From Polyangiaceae bacterium (lineage in GTDB: Bacteria; Myxococcota_A; Polyangia; Polyangiales; Polyangiaceae), in contig JBGANF010000006.1 in assembly GCA_044222475.1 (NCBI GenBank), forward strand, positions 32,001-96,000: a stretch of 64,000 nt of DNA. The letters are read 5' to 3'. Each line of letters begins with the position of its first letter. The stretch's first letter is position 1. Positions 12,309 through 23,066 of the stretch are shown piece after piece. The notes below the pieces were generated by a model. The model was given only the letters and a program-made list of their open reading frames with translations. It searched no databases and was not told the origin of the DNA. A program made the translations under genes and the position numbers.

Positions 12309-13025
12309 TCAGACGCTGGTGCCGTAGAGCCGGAAGATCACGATCACCGTCCAGTCGAACAGCGCGTGGGCGATGATCGCGGGGGCGAGCCGCCGACCGC
12401 GCTCGACCATGGCCCCGAACGCGATGCCGGCGCCGAGCGCGGCAAACGGGATGAGCGGATTCTTTCCCATCACGTCGTCGCTGAGCTTCCACATCGATGG
12501 GACGTGCGCGATCGCGTAGAGCACGCTGGACGCGAGCCACGCCTTGCCCCCGAGCCGAGGCGCCAAAAGATCGCGGACGAGGCTCCGCCAGACGATCTCT
12601 TCGGCGGCTGCCGCCGCGATGATGCCCAGCGCGACGAGCACGAGGTGCTCGCGGATGACGGACGTGTCGCCGGCCTGGTCGTAGATGCGCGACACCCAGA
12701 TCGCCTTGCCAGCGCCGACGATCATGCGGACGAGGCCGTACGACGAGCCGAACATGACGAGGGCGACCAGAAAGCCGGTCGACAGGTCGCCCCAGCGCGG
12801 CTGGAGCAGGGTTCGGGCCCGCTTCTCCCGCACCGCCCGCGCGACCCCGACCAGCGCGAACACGAACGAGGGGCCGGCGAGCCAGAAGTAGCCCGAGAGC
12901 TTGCCGGCCCGAGACAGATCGAAGCCGAACCACGCCCCGATGGCGACCGCGACGACCGGCACGAGCGCGAGGATCGGGGGTAGGGCAGGCGCGGGCGTGC
13001 GCTGGGAGTCGCGGGGCGGGCTCAT
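12309..13025 (-). CDS. CPBP/Abi intramembrane glutamic endopeptidase
   Basis: AEEIVWR, YAIAH and IIAHALFD motifs; multiple TM helices. Confidence 0.85.
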   Translation of the reverse strand: MSPPRDSQRTPAPALPPILALVPVVAVAIGAWFGFDLSRAGKLSGYFWLAGPSFVFALVGVARAVREKRARTLLQPRWGDLSTGFLVALVMFGSSYGLVRMIVGAGKAIWVSRIYDQAGDTSVIREHLVLVALGIIAAAAAEEIVWRSLVRDLLAPRLGGKAWLASSVLYAIAHVPSMWKLSDDVMGKNPLIPFAALGAGIAFGAMVERGRRLAPAIIAHALFDWTVIVIFRLYGTSV

Positions 13026-13085
13026 CGTGGGCGCTAGGCGCTCGCTACCAAACGGCGCACATTCCGTCCATCCCGCATGCGGCGT

Positions 13086-13114
13086 TTGACGCCACCGGGA
13101 TGGCGCGATATACC
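13086..13114 (+). promoter_or_regulatory. Sigma70-like promoter for the HARE-HTH gene
   Basis: TTGACG-N17-TATACC. Confidence 0.45.
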
Positions 13115-13280
13115 CCTTTCGTCACCGGGGGAGAGGTGCGCAGTCGTGCGAGAGGAGCTACTCCCTCGGCGCGGCCGCCGATTCCCGAAGAAGACCGCTG
13201 CGGCGCCCCAACCTCGTGTGGGCCCGTCAGGTCTCCAAAAAACCGCCCCAAAACGGGCCACTGGGCAAAGAAGCAACGAG

Positions 13281-14852
13281 ATGACGTTCACGGAAGCCGC
13301 GGCCGAGGTCTTGCGCCTCGCTGGTAAGCCGCTCCACTACAAAGAAATCACCGAGCTCGCGATCGAGAAGAGCCTCCTCTCTCACGTCGGCAAGAGCCCC
13401 GAAGTCACGATGGGCGCGCGCCTCGCCGCCCTCCTGAAGAAGGAAGACAAGACCAACCCGATCGTCCGCGTGAAGCCGGGCGTCTTCGCACTGCGCGAGT
13501 GGGGCGACAAGAAGGGCGCTGCCGCCGCCGCGAGCGACGACTCGGACTCCTCGGAGAACGAGGTCAACGCGCTCGAAGTGGAGGCCGCCGCCGCTGCTCC
13601 CGACTCGGAGCCGCTCCTCGACGACGAAGGCGAGGGCGAGAGCGGGGGAGCTCCGATGAACGGCGACGACGCGCTTCGCGCCGATCTCGCCGCGAGCGGC
13701 GCCGATTTCTTCGACGACGAAGACGACGACGATCAGCCGATCCTCGCCCCGGCCACGACCAACGGCCCGTCGGCGACGGCTCAGGGTGGCGTCGCGATCG
13801 ACGGCGCGCAGCAAGGCGAAGGCGGACGGCGTCGCCGTCGTCGCCGCCGCCGCGGCCGCGGTGGTGATCGTCCGGAGATGGGCGCCCGCGAAGGCGGCGG
13901 CGCGATGCCGGTGGGATCGTCGACCGCGCTCGAGGGCGAAAACGGCGAAGGCACGCGCGATCCGCTCGCGCCTGCTCCGCGTCCCCAGATCCGCGATCGA
14001 CAGCAGATCATGTCCGGCGGCTTGCCGAGCGGCATCGAAGTGGCGCTCACCGACGGCGACGAGCTCGCCGGTCGCGAGCTCGCCGACGCGGCGCACATCG
14101 TGTTCGCCGCGTTCGATCGCAACGGCGGCCCGGTGTCGCTCCGTTCGCTCGTCGATCAGCTCATGCGCCGTGGCCGCCTCGTCGGCGATCCCGCCGCGTG
14201 CTCGGTGCAGCTCTCGGCCTCGATGCGCGCGGACAACCTCCGCCGCGAAGCGGCGGGTCTGCGTCCGAGGTTCCGCTTCGCGTCGGGCGCGCGCGTCGCC
14301 CCGACCGACTGGATCCTCGGTCAGGAGCTCCAGCGCTTCGAGATGGAAGCCGCGCAGGCGCTCGACCGTTACCGCGAGGCCGCTCGTCGCGTGTTCCTCC
14401 GTCGCGTGCAGGAGCTCCCGGGCCACGCGTTCGCCGAGCTCGCGCTCCTCGCCCTCGAGCGCGCGGGCATGGGTCAGCTCCGCGGTGTGCGTCGCGCCGG
14501 TGCCTCCGGTGGCGAAGCGCACTTCAGCGCGATCCACCGCACCGGCTCCGACGAGATCCGCACGGCGATCGTCATCCGCAAGGATGGTCGCGAGATCGGC
14601 CGCGAGCGCGTGAGCGATCTGCGCGGCGCGCTCCACCACTACGGTCCGGCCACGGCAGGCTGGCTCGTCACCACCGGCCAGGTGCTCTCGGGCGCTCGCG
14701 AAGAAGCGGCGACGCCGAGCGCGGCGCCGGTCGCGCTCTTCGACGGGCTCGCGTTCTGCAAGCTCCTCGAAGACAACGGGGTCGCGGTCCTCCGCACCAA
14801 GCAAGTCGTCGCGATTCCGGATCTCGAGCTCCTCGAAACCCTTCGCGGCTGA
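13281..14852 (+). CDS. HARE-HTH domain protein with degenerate Mrr-like C-terminal domain
   Basis: MTFTEAAAEVLRLAGKPLHYKEITELAI..GKSPEVTMGARL..F.LREW; acidic and poly-Arg tracts; C-terminal 'IGRERVSDLRGAL..GWLVTT..SGAREEA..VALFDG' resembles Mrr_cat. Confidence 0.8.
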   Translation: MTFTEAAAEVLRLAGKPLHYKEITELAIEKSLLSHVGKSPEVTMGARLAALLKKEDKTNPIVRVKPGVFALREWGDKKGAAAAASDDSDSSENEVNALEVEAAAAAPDSEPLLDDEGEGESGGAPMNGDDALRADLAASGADFFDDEDDDDQPILAPATTNGPSATAQGGVAIDGAQQGEGGRRRRRRRRRGRGGDRPEMGAREGGGAMPVGSSTALEGENGEGTRDPLAPAPRPQIRDRQQIMSGGLPSGIEVALTDGDELAGRELADAAHIVFAAFDRNGGPVSLRSLVDQLMRRGRLVGDPAACSVQLSASMRADNLRREAAGLRPRFRFASGARVAPTDWILGQELQRFEMEAAQALDRYREAARRVFLRRVQELPGHAFAELALLALERAGMGQLRGVRRAGASGGEAHFSAIHRTGSDEIRTAIVIRKDGREIGRERVSDLRGALHHYGPATAGWLVTTGQVLSGAREEAATPSAAPVALFDGLAFCKLLEDNGVAVLRTKQVVAIPDLELLETLRG

Positions 14853-14860
14853 GCGGTCCG

Positions 14861-15865
14861 GTGATCCGCGTACTCGGACTGGCGCTCCTCGTCCTCGCGG
14901 CCCCGGCCGGGAAGCCGAAGCCGCCAGCTCCGGCTCCACGCCCGCCGCCCAAGGTCGACGTCACGCTCAGCGCGACGACGCCGACGGGCGGCTGGGCGGT
15001 GAAGGTGACGAACTCCGGGACGGTGCCCGTGCGCATCGTCGCGGACGCGGCGCTGCTCGATCTCGACGTCACCGCGCCGGGCGGTGGAGCGAAGGTCCAC
15101 TGCGCGCTTCCGTCCGACATGGTGCCGCTCTCGGACATGGAGCGCGGCCTCGTCCTCGTCCCGGGACGGAGCTACACCGAGAGGTTCGACCCGCGGCTCT
15201 ACTGCTTCTCCGAGCGAGAGGTCGCCGCGCTCGTGCCCGGCGCGACGGTGGCCGCTCACTACGGCTTCGGCGCGCGCAGCACGTCGAAGGCGTTCGTTCC
15301 GCTCGTCGCCCAGGACGACCCTGCGGCGCCGGGACCGGCGAAGTCCATCGACGCCGCGCCGCTCACGCTTCCGGCGCTGCCCGCGCCGGCGGCCGCTCCA
15401 CCGGTGGTGCCGGCGGTCACCGACGGCATCAAGCTCGTGCCGACCGTGACGCCGCGGATCGACCTCGAGCGCACGTTCGAGCGGCAGGTCACCGTGAGCG
15501 TCAAGAACGCGGGCCCGTTGGCCGTGCGTTCGTTGTTCACGTCGGCCACGGTCGGGTTCCTCCTCGTCGGGCCCGACGGGGCGACGACCTCGTGTGGCGC
15601 TGCGCTCGCGCCCACGCCCATCCCCGAGCTCCTGACGACGCTCGCCCCGGGCGCCCGCACCGACGTGACGATCGGGCTCGCGCTGTGCCCGTCGGCGGCG
15701 TTCCGGATGGCCGGCCTCTATCAGCTGCGGCCGAGGGTCGACACGCGACGCGTGGGGTACTCCACGGTGTCCCTCTACCGCGGCGAGGTCCTCGGGGAGC
15801 CGTCGCTCCTCCGCCTCCACGTCTCCACGAGCCAGCGTCCGCTCCCCCAAGTCGACCCGCCGTAG
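14861..15865 (+). CDS. Secreted hypothetical protein with two Ig-like repeats
   Basis: Signal VIRVLGLALLVLAAPA; two 'VKVTNSG/VSVKNAG...L.PG' segments. Confidence 0.6.
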   Translation: MIRVLGLALLVLAAPAGKPKPPAPAPRPPPKVDVTLSATTPTGGWAVKVTNSGTVPVRIVADAALLDLDVTAPGGGAKVHCALPSDMVPLSDMERGLVLVPGRSYTERFDPRLYCFSEREVAALVPGATVAAHYGFGARSTSKAFVPLVAQDDPAAPGPAKSIDAAPLTLPALPAPAAAPPVVPAVTDGIKLVPTVTPRIDLERTFERQVTVSVKNAGPLAVRSLFTSATVGFLLVGPDGATTSCGAALAPTPIPELLTTLAPGARTDVTIGLALCPSAAFRMAGLYQLRPRVDTRRVGYSTVSLYRGEVLGEPSLLRLHVSTSQRPLPQVDPP

Positions 15866-15939
15866 AGGCGGTCCGGTCACATTCGTCAGCCGGCTGACAA
15901 TTCGCGCAACGGCCCGGCCGTCGGGTCCGAAGGGCATTC

Positions 15940-16782
15940 ATGCGCGTCGTCGCCCTCGTGCTCGCCGTCCTCGCCCTCGCCGGGTGCGCCGCCGCGCCCG
16001 CACCGCTCCCGCCGAAGGCGATCGCGCTGAACGAAGAAGGCGCGGAGGCCCTCGGCGCTGGCGACGTCGAGATCGCCGAGGCCAGACTGGCGCTCGCGCT
16101 CGAGTACAACCCGCGCTTCACCGAGGCGTGGGTCAACATGGGGCTCGTCAAGCTTCGCGGGCACGACTTCGCCGGCGCGCGCGCCGATTTCGATCGCGCC
16201 CACGAGCTCAACCCGGACCTCCCGGCACCGATGCACGCGCTCGGGATCCTCGAAGAGGTCCTCGGACAGCCGCGCAAGGCCGAGGCGCGCTACGCCGACG
16301 CGCTCGCGATCGATCCCGGCTTCGCGGCGTCGCGCGCGAACCTCGGTCGCCTGCTCTTCGCACGCGGAGCGATCGACGACGCCCGCGAGCAGTTCTTGCG
16401 GCTGACCCAAGTCGCTCCCGAGCAGGCCGAGGGCTACACCGGCCTCGTCGACTGCTATTGGAAGCTGGGACGCGACGACGAAGCGGACGTCATCCTCGAG
16501 AAGGCCGCGGCACGGTTCGCGACCATCGCCGGGGTCGAGATCCTCCTCGCGCGTCGCGCACTCAAGCGCGGCGACGTCGACGATGCCGAGGGGCGACTCG
16601 TCACCCTGACGAGCGGCGCCGACGGTCGATTCCACGCGACCGCGTGGGCCTGGCTCGGCGTCGCGCGCCTCGCCCGCGGCGATCGGGACGGCGCGGAGCG
16701 CGCGGCTCGCGAAGCGCTCCAGCGCGATCCGCGCGAGGCAGTGGCGCGCTTCGTCCTCGCGAAGCTGGGCGCTCGATCGTAG
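15940..16782 (+). CDS. TPR lipoprotein
   Basis: Lipobox LAGC; repeated TPR units (AWVNMG, SRANLG). Confidence 0.85.
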   Translation: MRVVALVLAVLALAGCAAAPAPLPPKAIALNEEGAEALGAGDVEIAEARLALALEYNPRFTEAWVNMGLVKLRGHDFAGARADFDRAHELNPDLPAPMHALGILEEVLGQPRKAEARYADALAIDPGFAASRANLGRLLFARGAIDDAREQFLRLTQVAPEQAEGYTGLVDCYWKLGRDDEADVILEKAAARFATIAGVEILLARRALKRGDVDDAEGRLVTLTSGADGRFHATAWAWLGVARLARGDRDGAERAAREALQRDPREAVARFVLAKLGARS

Positions 16783-16790
16783 GCCGGCGA

Positions 16791-17990
16791 TCAGTGGAGC
16801 AGCAGAACCGCCGCGCCGCCGAGCAACGCGATGACGCCGAGGATCAGCGCGACGACGACCCACGCGGGGACGTGCGTGCCGGGGATGTCGATCCGCTCCT
16901 CTTCACCGCGAGTGGACGTCGGACCCGAGGAAGGGAGGCTCGGTCCGGAGCTCGCGCCGTCGCTGGCGGCTGCGGGGGCGTTCGCGATCGACTCTTCCTC
17001 GACCACGTGGGCGCCCGACGTGGGCGTGTTCACCGAGCGACGACTCGGCTCGGTCGTCTCCTCGGGGAGGGTGTACTTGCGGTACTTGAGCGGCTCTGCC
17101 TCGGGGTTCGCGTCGGCGAGGCTCGGGCCGTCGAAGTGGGCGACGACCACGGTGATGTTGTCGTGGCCGCCGGCGTAGTTCGCGCGCTCCGTCAGCGTCT
17201 TGCACGCCTCGAGCGGCTCGGGGACGGTGCGAAGGATCTCGCGGATCTCGTCGTTGCGGACCATCCCGGAGAGGCCGTCGGAGCAGAGCAGGAGGACGTC
17301 ACCCTTCTTGAGCTCGGTGAACGTGAGGTCGACCTGGACCGTGTCCGCCGTGCCGAGGGCCTGAAGGATGATGTTGTTGTGCTCGAACGTCTCGGCTTCT
17401 TCTTCGGTCAGCTGGCCGGCCTCGATGAGCTGGTTGACGAGCGACTGGTCGCGCGTGACTTGCACGAGCGTTCCGCCGCGCAAGATGTAGCCGCGCGAGT
17501 CGCCGACCTGCGCGAGGAACAGGTGGTCGTCGACGAACGCTGCCGCGGTCACCGTCGTGCCCATGCCGCGCCGTGATCGGTCGGCCTTGGCCTCGTGGAA
17601 GATGCGCTGTCCGGCGACCTCGACGGCGCGCACGAGGCGACGCGCGAGATCGTTGCGCGATGTCTGCACCTCGGGGTCGAGGCCTTCGACCATGCACTCG
17701 TAGATGATGTCGACGGCGAGCTGGCTCGCGACCTCGCCGGCGGCAGCGCCTCCCATGCCGTCGCACACGGCGAGGAGGTGACCGTTCTTTCCGAGGCCCA
17801 CGGGCTTGTTCGCGTCGTGGAGACCGCGCGCGCGCTTCGAGAGATCGGCGACGAGGAAGTTGTCCTCGTTGTGCTCGCGCACTTGGCCCACGTCGGTTCG
17901 AGCAAAGAGTCGCATCTGTACGTCGACCGCCGCCTTGGCCTCGGTGGGCTCGGCGGCTTTGGCCGTGCTGGAGGAGTCCGTTTGCGTCAC
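16791..17990 (-). CDS. PP2C-type Ser/Thr phosphatase with C-terminal TM anchor
   Basis: TDVGQVREHNED, CDGMGG, GMGTT, VGDSR, CSDGL, GGHDNIT. Confidence 0.95.
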   Translation of the reverse strand: MTQTDSSSTAKAAEPTEAKAAVDVQMRLFARTDVGQVREHNEDNFLVADLSKRARGLHDANKPVGLGKNGHLLAVCDGMGGAAAGEVASQLAVDIIYECMVEGLDPEVQTSRNDLARRLVRAVEVAGQRIFHEAKADRSRRGMGTTVTAAAFVDDHLFLAQVGDSRGYILRGGTLVQVTRDQSLVNQLIEAGQLTEEEAETFEHNNIILQALGTADTVQVDLTFTELKKGDVLLLCSDGLSGMVRNDEIREILRTVPEPLEACKTLTERANYAGGHDNITVVVAHFDGPSLADANPEAEPLKYRKYTLPEETTEPSRRSVNTPTSGAHVVEEESIANAPAAASDGASSGPSLPSSGPTSTRGEEERIDIPGTHVPAWVVVALILGVIALLGGAAVLLLH

Positions 17991-19378
17991 GCGCCACCCA
18001 CGTTTGCCGTGCGCGCCGCGCCCGTGTTGGGGGCGTCGATCCGAAAGAGCTGTTGGCCGACGCGAATCTCGTCACCGTGCTTGAGCGCGACCGTCCCGCG
18101 AATGCGGAGGAACGTGCCGTTCGACGACTCGAGGTCGCCGAGGGTGAACGTCTTGTCCCCGCTGCGCTTGATGGTGGCGTGGCGGCGCGAGAGGAACGGA
18201 TCCTCGGTGAACACGATGTCCCCCGACTCGCGCCCGAGCACGGTCTCGGTCTTGCGGAGGTAGTAGAGGTCGCGCACGACGCCCTCGGTCGTCAGCTGGC
18301 CGAGGCGCGCGTAACGCGGACTGCTCGGGGTGCCGAAAAGGAGCGTTCCCTGCTCCGAAGCAGCCCCGAGCCCCTCATCGCCGTCTTTCACGACCTCGAA
18401 CCTTAGCACTTGTTGTCCAATCAGGATCAAGTCCCCGTCGCGGAGCGGCGCCTCGCCAGTCTCGCCAGCGCCCGCTTTGCGGACGCGGAGGTAGACCCCG
18501 TTCGGCGTCCCGAGGTCGCGCACGGTCAAGCCGCCGTCCTCGCGCTTGAGCCGCGCGTGGCGGGGGGCGAGGTACCGGTCCTCGGGCAACACCACCTCGC
18601 CTTCGCTGCGGCCGATGTCGAGCTGGGCGCCGACGGCGTGCGCCGGACCGAGCGAGCCGTCCTTCGCGACGAGCTGGAGCTTGATCTCGTCTTGGTACGC
18701 CTGGATCTTGGACGTCGCCTCGAGGGGGGGCTTCGCCTCCTGCTTGACGGTGACGGCGTCGAAGTTCGGCGGATCGGTCAGCTGGGTTCGATCGAGCCGG
18801 ACCGGCGATTCGGCCGACGGCTTCGTCACGCCGCCGTCCATCGGTCGCGCCTCGGCGAGGGGAGCGCCGCAGAATCGGCAGAACTGGGACTCGGCGTCGG
18901 AAGAGCCTTTGCAGCGCGCGCAGACCCGCTGGGGCTTGGCCGCTGGCGTTCCCAGACCGACGACCGGCGAGGGCGCGATCGGGGCCACCGGCACGACTGG
19001 AGCGGGGGCCAACGGCTGCGGCGGGGCCAACGGCTGCGGTGGGGCCATGGGCGCGAACGCAGGCGCGGGCGCCGGGGGCATCACCGGGGCGGCGATGCCG
19101 GCGGCCGGCATCGGCGCAGGGGCGACGAGCGGCGGCGGTGCTGCCAGAGGTGGCGCGGGCGCCGCGGGAGGGCCTGGCGGCGGGGCCAGGGGCTGCGGTG
19201 GAGATGCCTTTGCCGGGTCGAGGGGGCTGCCGCAGGTGATGCAGAAGCGCATCCCCGCCGCGTTGGTCGCGTGACAGCGCGGACAGCGCGAGGACGCTTC
19301 CTTCGCGAGCCGCGCTCCGCAGTCTTCGCAAAAGACCAAATGGTCCGCGTTGTTCTTTCCGCAGGTTCCGCAGATCAC
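17987..19378 (-). CDS. Zn-ribbon + double FHA domain protein
   Basis: Three double-CxxC ribbons; IGR..HA..NGVY and LGR..SRRHA..SNGTF FHA motifs. Confidence 0.9.
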   Translation of the reverse strand: MICGTCGKNNADHLVFCEDCGARLAKEASSRCPRCHATNAAGMRFCITCGSPLDPAKASPPQPLAPPPGPPAAPAPPLAAPPPLVAPAPMPAAGIAAPVMPPAPAPAFAPMAPPQPLAPPQPLAPAPVVPVAPIAPSPVVGLGTPAAKPQRVCARCKGSSDAESQFCRFCGAPLAEARPMDGGVTKPSAESPVRLDRTQLTDPPNFDAVTVKQEAKPPLEATSKIQAYQDEIKLQLVAKDGSLGPAHAVGAQLDIGRSEGEVVLPEDRYLAPRHARLKREDGGLTVRDLGTPNGVYLRVRKAGAGETGEAPLRDGDLILIGQQVLRFEVVKDGDEGLGAASEQGTLLFGTPSSPRYARLGQLTTEGVVRDLYYLRKTETVLGRESGDIVFTEDPFLSRRHATIKRSGDKTFTLGDLESSNGTFLRIRGTVALKHGDEIRVGQQLFRIDAPNTGAARTANVGGA

Positions 19379-19420
19379 GTCGGTTTCTTAGGGAAGCGGC
19401 TCTCCACGTTCACGTCAAGC

Positions 19421-20086
19421 TCAGAGAGCGTCCCGGGTCTCCAGGCTCAAGTCGATCCCGACCACGTGGGCGATGCCGCCGCTCCTGGAGTTCCCGGCGG
19501 AGTCGGTGAAACCGGTGAACCCGAGGGCGCGATAGGCGATCGTGAGCCCGATGATCGTGTTGGGAGCGACCTGCGCCTCGACGCCACCGCCCAGGCTGAC
19601 GCCGGGCCCGATGGTGTCGATGCCCCAGATGTTGCCGTAGGTGTTCACGCCCGCCGCCCCGTAGAGGAGCGGGGTGAAGCGCGTGCGCGTTTCGAAGTAG
19701 TAGCGAGCCTCGGCGCGGAGCTGCTGGAGGATCGCGAGGCGATAGAGCTGCCCGGGATCTTGCTTCGAGAACTCGTACGCGGCGCCGAAATACCAGGGCG
19801 CGCGGGCGCGACGGCCCACGCGGATGGCCACTCCACCGCCCGAACCGAGGATGCACGCGGCGGGAGCGGCGCTCGAGCACATCGGTCCCGCGTACGCGAC
19901 CACTTCGCCGGTGAAGGCCAGGCCGTACTGGAGGAAGTGGCGCTTCAGGTTCGCCGGCGCGCTCGCCTCGCTCGGATCGGGAGGGTCGTCCGCCCGGGCC
20001 GGCGTCGAGGCGAAGGTGAGCCCTACCAGCACGGCCAGCGATGCCAGGAAGGTGGCGCGAATCGACGTGCGCGCACATCGACGCAC
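19421..20086 (-). CDS. Secreted, outer-membrane beta-barrel-like hypothetical protein
   Basis: Signal peptide ..ASTPARA-DD; alternating amphipathic strands; start re-called. Confidence 0.6.
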   Translation of the reverse strand: MRRCARTSIRATFLASLAVLVGLTFASTPARADDPPDPSEASAPANLKRHFLQYGLAFTGEVVAYAGPMCSSAAPAACILGSGGGVAIRVGRRARAPWYFGAAYEFSKQDPGQLYRLAILQQLRAEARYYFETRTRFTPLLYGAAGVNTYGNIWGIDTIGPGVSLGGGVEAQVAPNTIIGLTIAYRALGFTGFTDSAGNSRSGGIAHVVGIDLSLETRDAL

Positions 20087-20203
20087 CCGTACGACCCCGC
20101 GCGGAGCCACTCCCAAGCCGAGCACCTCGTTCACTGCTTCACGATACCGCACGACGCGATCTGTTGACAGCTCGCGTGCGGTTGCCGTATTCGCGAAACC
20201 GCG

Positions 20204-20623
20204 ATGGAGATCGTTCTCGACAAGCGTGCGGTTCGGCAGATTCGTCTCTCGGCGCAAGACGCCATCGAAGAGGGGGACACCGAGACGTTGCGTGAAGACA
20301 TCCTCGAAGCCTTCACCGAGGAGCAAGTCGAGGAGATCGAGCGCCGCCTCGACAGCGGCGACTTCTTCGAGTTCATCACCGACATGCTCGACGAGTGGTC
20401 GGGCGACGACGTCGACGAGCTCTTCGAGCTGATGGACACGCAGCTCGGTGACGTCGGCATCGACGTGAAGTTCGAGAAGAAGGCGGCCGTCCCGGCCGAG
20501 GAGCCGGGCGAGGACGAGGACGAGGAAGAGACCGACCTCGAGACCGACGACGACGACGAGCTCGACGGCGACGACGACGAGAGCCTCGACGAAGAAGAAG
20601 ACGAAGACGAAGACGCGGTGTGA
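20204..20623 (+). CDS. Highly acidic hypothetical protein
   Basis: Strong GC3 codon bias; D/E-rich throughout with a poly-acid tail; TTGACA-N18-TATTCG upstream (20164-20193). Confidence 0.75.
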   Translation: MEIVLDKRAVRQIRLSAQDAIEEGDTETLREDILEAFTEEQVEEIERRLDSGDFFEFITDMLDEWSGDDVDELFELMDTQLGDVGIDVKFEKKAAVPAEEPGEDEDEEETDLETDDDDELDGDDDESLDEEEDEDEDAV

Positions 20624-20856
20624 ACCCGTGCCCGGTGAATTGGCCACGCAGCTCGAGCCTGCGTCGAAGCCGAGCACCGGTAGGGGGACGAGCCGGCGAG
20701 CCCGGCGCACCTTTGTCGGGAAGTCGAGAGAGTCGAGATAAGTCGTCGATCGTACACTTCAGAGAGACGGGCGGCGGCCCCGCCGCATTTCGTCCCGCTG
20801 CCGCGGCTCGAGCGCAACGAGATGCCGAGACGGAATCGATTCCTTTGACTTCAGAC

Positions 20857-21911
20857 TCAGCGCTCGAGGTAGGCGTGGCAGGTCTTCGGGGCGTCGCTGT
20901 TGGCGGGCCGCTGGAGGTTCGGGCAGCGCGTGATGGCGCACGGCACGTAGCGCGAGTCGGGTCGCACCGAGAGGAGCTCCTTCAGCGGGCTGCAGCGGTC
21001 GTCGTCGTTCTCGCCGAGGCGCGCGGCCTCCCATAGCGCGTCGTCGCGCGTCTGCGCGTTGACGAAGTCGTTCGCGAACGCGAGGAACGCGGCGCGTGCC
21101 GCCTTCTTGTCGCCGATGCGATCGCGCAGCAGCACCGCGATGCGGAACGCGGCGGACGGGAAGAGCGGGCGCTCGTACGGACCGGGAGAGTCGGAGTGTT
21201 CGCGCTCCACCAGCATGCGGCGGAGGTCGGCCAAGGCGTCGTCGTACTTGCCGAGGCGTTCGTGGAGCTCGCTCGCGTGAAACAGCGCGTCGTCCCAGTG
21301 CGGGCCGGGGTAGGGGAAGCGCGCGGCGAGATCGAGGTAGGCGGCGAGCGCCGGTTCGTCGCGCTGGAGGCGCGCGAGGCGCAGGGCGCGCTCGTAGAGG
21401 ACGAACTCCTCGAGCTCCGTCCCGCGCGTGGGGGCGACGAGCCCGTCGAGGTACGCGAGCGCGGCCTCGGTGCTCGTCTCGTCTTCGTGTCGCGCACGGC
21501 GTCGGATGGCGACGATCGCGTGTCCGTCGCTCGGGTGCGCGCGGGCGAACACGTCGAGCGCGGTCCAGCCCGCCGGGTCGCCGCTGTCGAGAAGGAGCGT
21601 GGCGAGCGCGAACTGCGCCTCGGCGCCGTACGTCGTCTTCGACGTGGCGAGCTTCTCGAGGATCGCGCGCGCGCCGGCGCGGTCGCCGGCGGAGGCGTGG
21701 GCCTCGGCCGCGAGGAACGTCGCGTGATCGCGATCGCGATCGCTCTGGGTGGAGTCGGCGGCGGCGGCTTCGAACCGATCCGCGGCCTCGGAGTATCGCC
21801 CGGCGTGGAGCGCGCGCTCCGCCTCGGCGAACGCGAGGGCGTAGGCCGAAGGCGCTCGCGCCGCGCACGCGGCGAGCGCGAGCGCGAGGCTCGCCGCGAG
21901 CACGCGTCGCA

Positions 21912-21912
<1 letters not shown>
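20857..21912 (-). CDS. TPR lipoprotein (BamD/YfiO-like repeats)
   Basis: MRRVLAASLALALAAC; YP.PHWDDALF and RDDALW TPR-type motifs; TGATG coupling to ltaE. Confidence 0.75.
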
Positions 21913-22940
<1,028 letters not shown>

Positions 22941-23021
22941 GGGGCGAGCTTAGATCGGGCCCATTTCGGTCTCCCGGCGATTCCTGTGCGAAAGACCTTG
23001 CGCAGTCAGTTTGGCGGTGCT

Positions 23022-23036
23022 ACTGGTTCAACCAGT
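23022..23036. promoter_or_regulatory. FadR-subfamily operator palindrome
   Basis: ACTGGTT-C-AACCAGT, matching TGGT-N3-ACCA, 30 bp upstream of a FadR-type gene. Confidence 0.7.
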
Positions 23037-23066
23037 CAATCACTTGATGAGAGGCCTCACTTCTTC

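Noticed and set aside
20624..20856. ncRNA in the roughly 230-bp gap between convergent genes
   Set aside because: Only short GC hairpins; no recognisable motif
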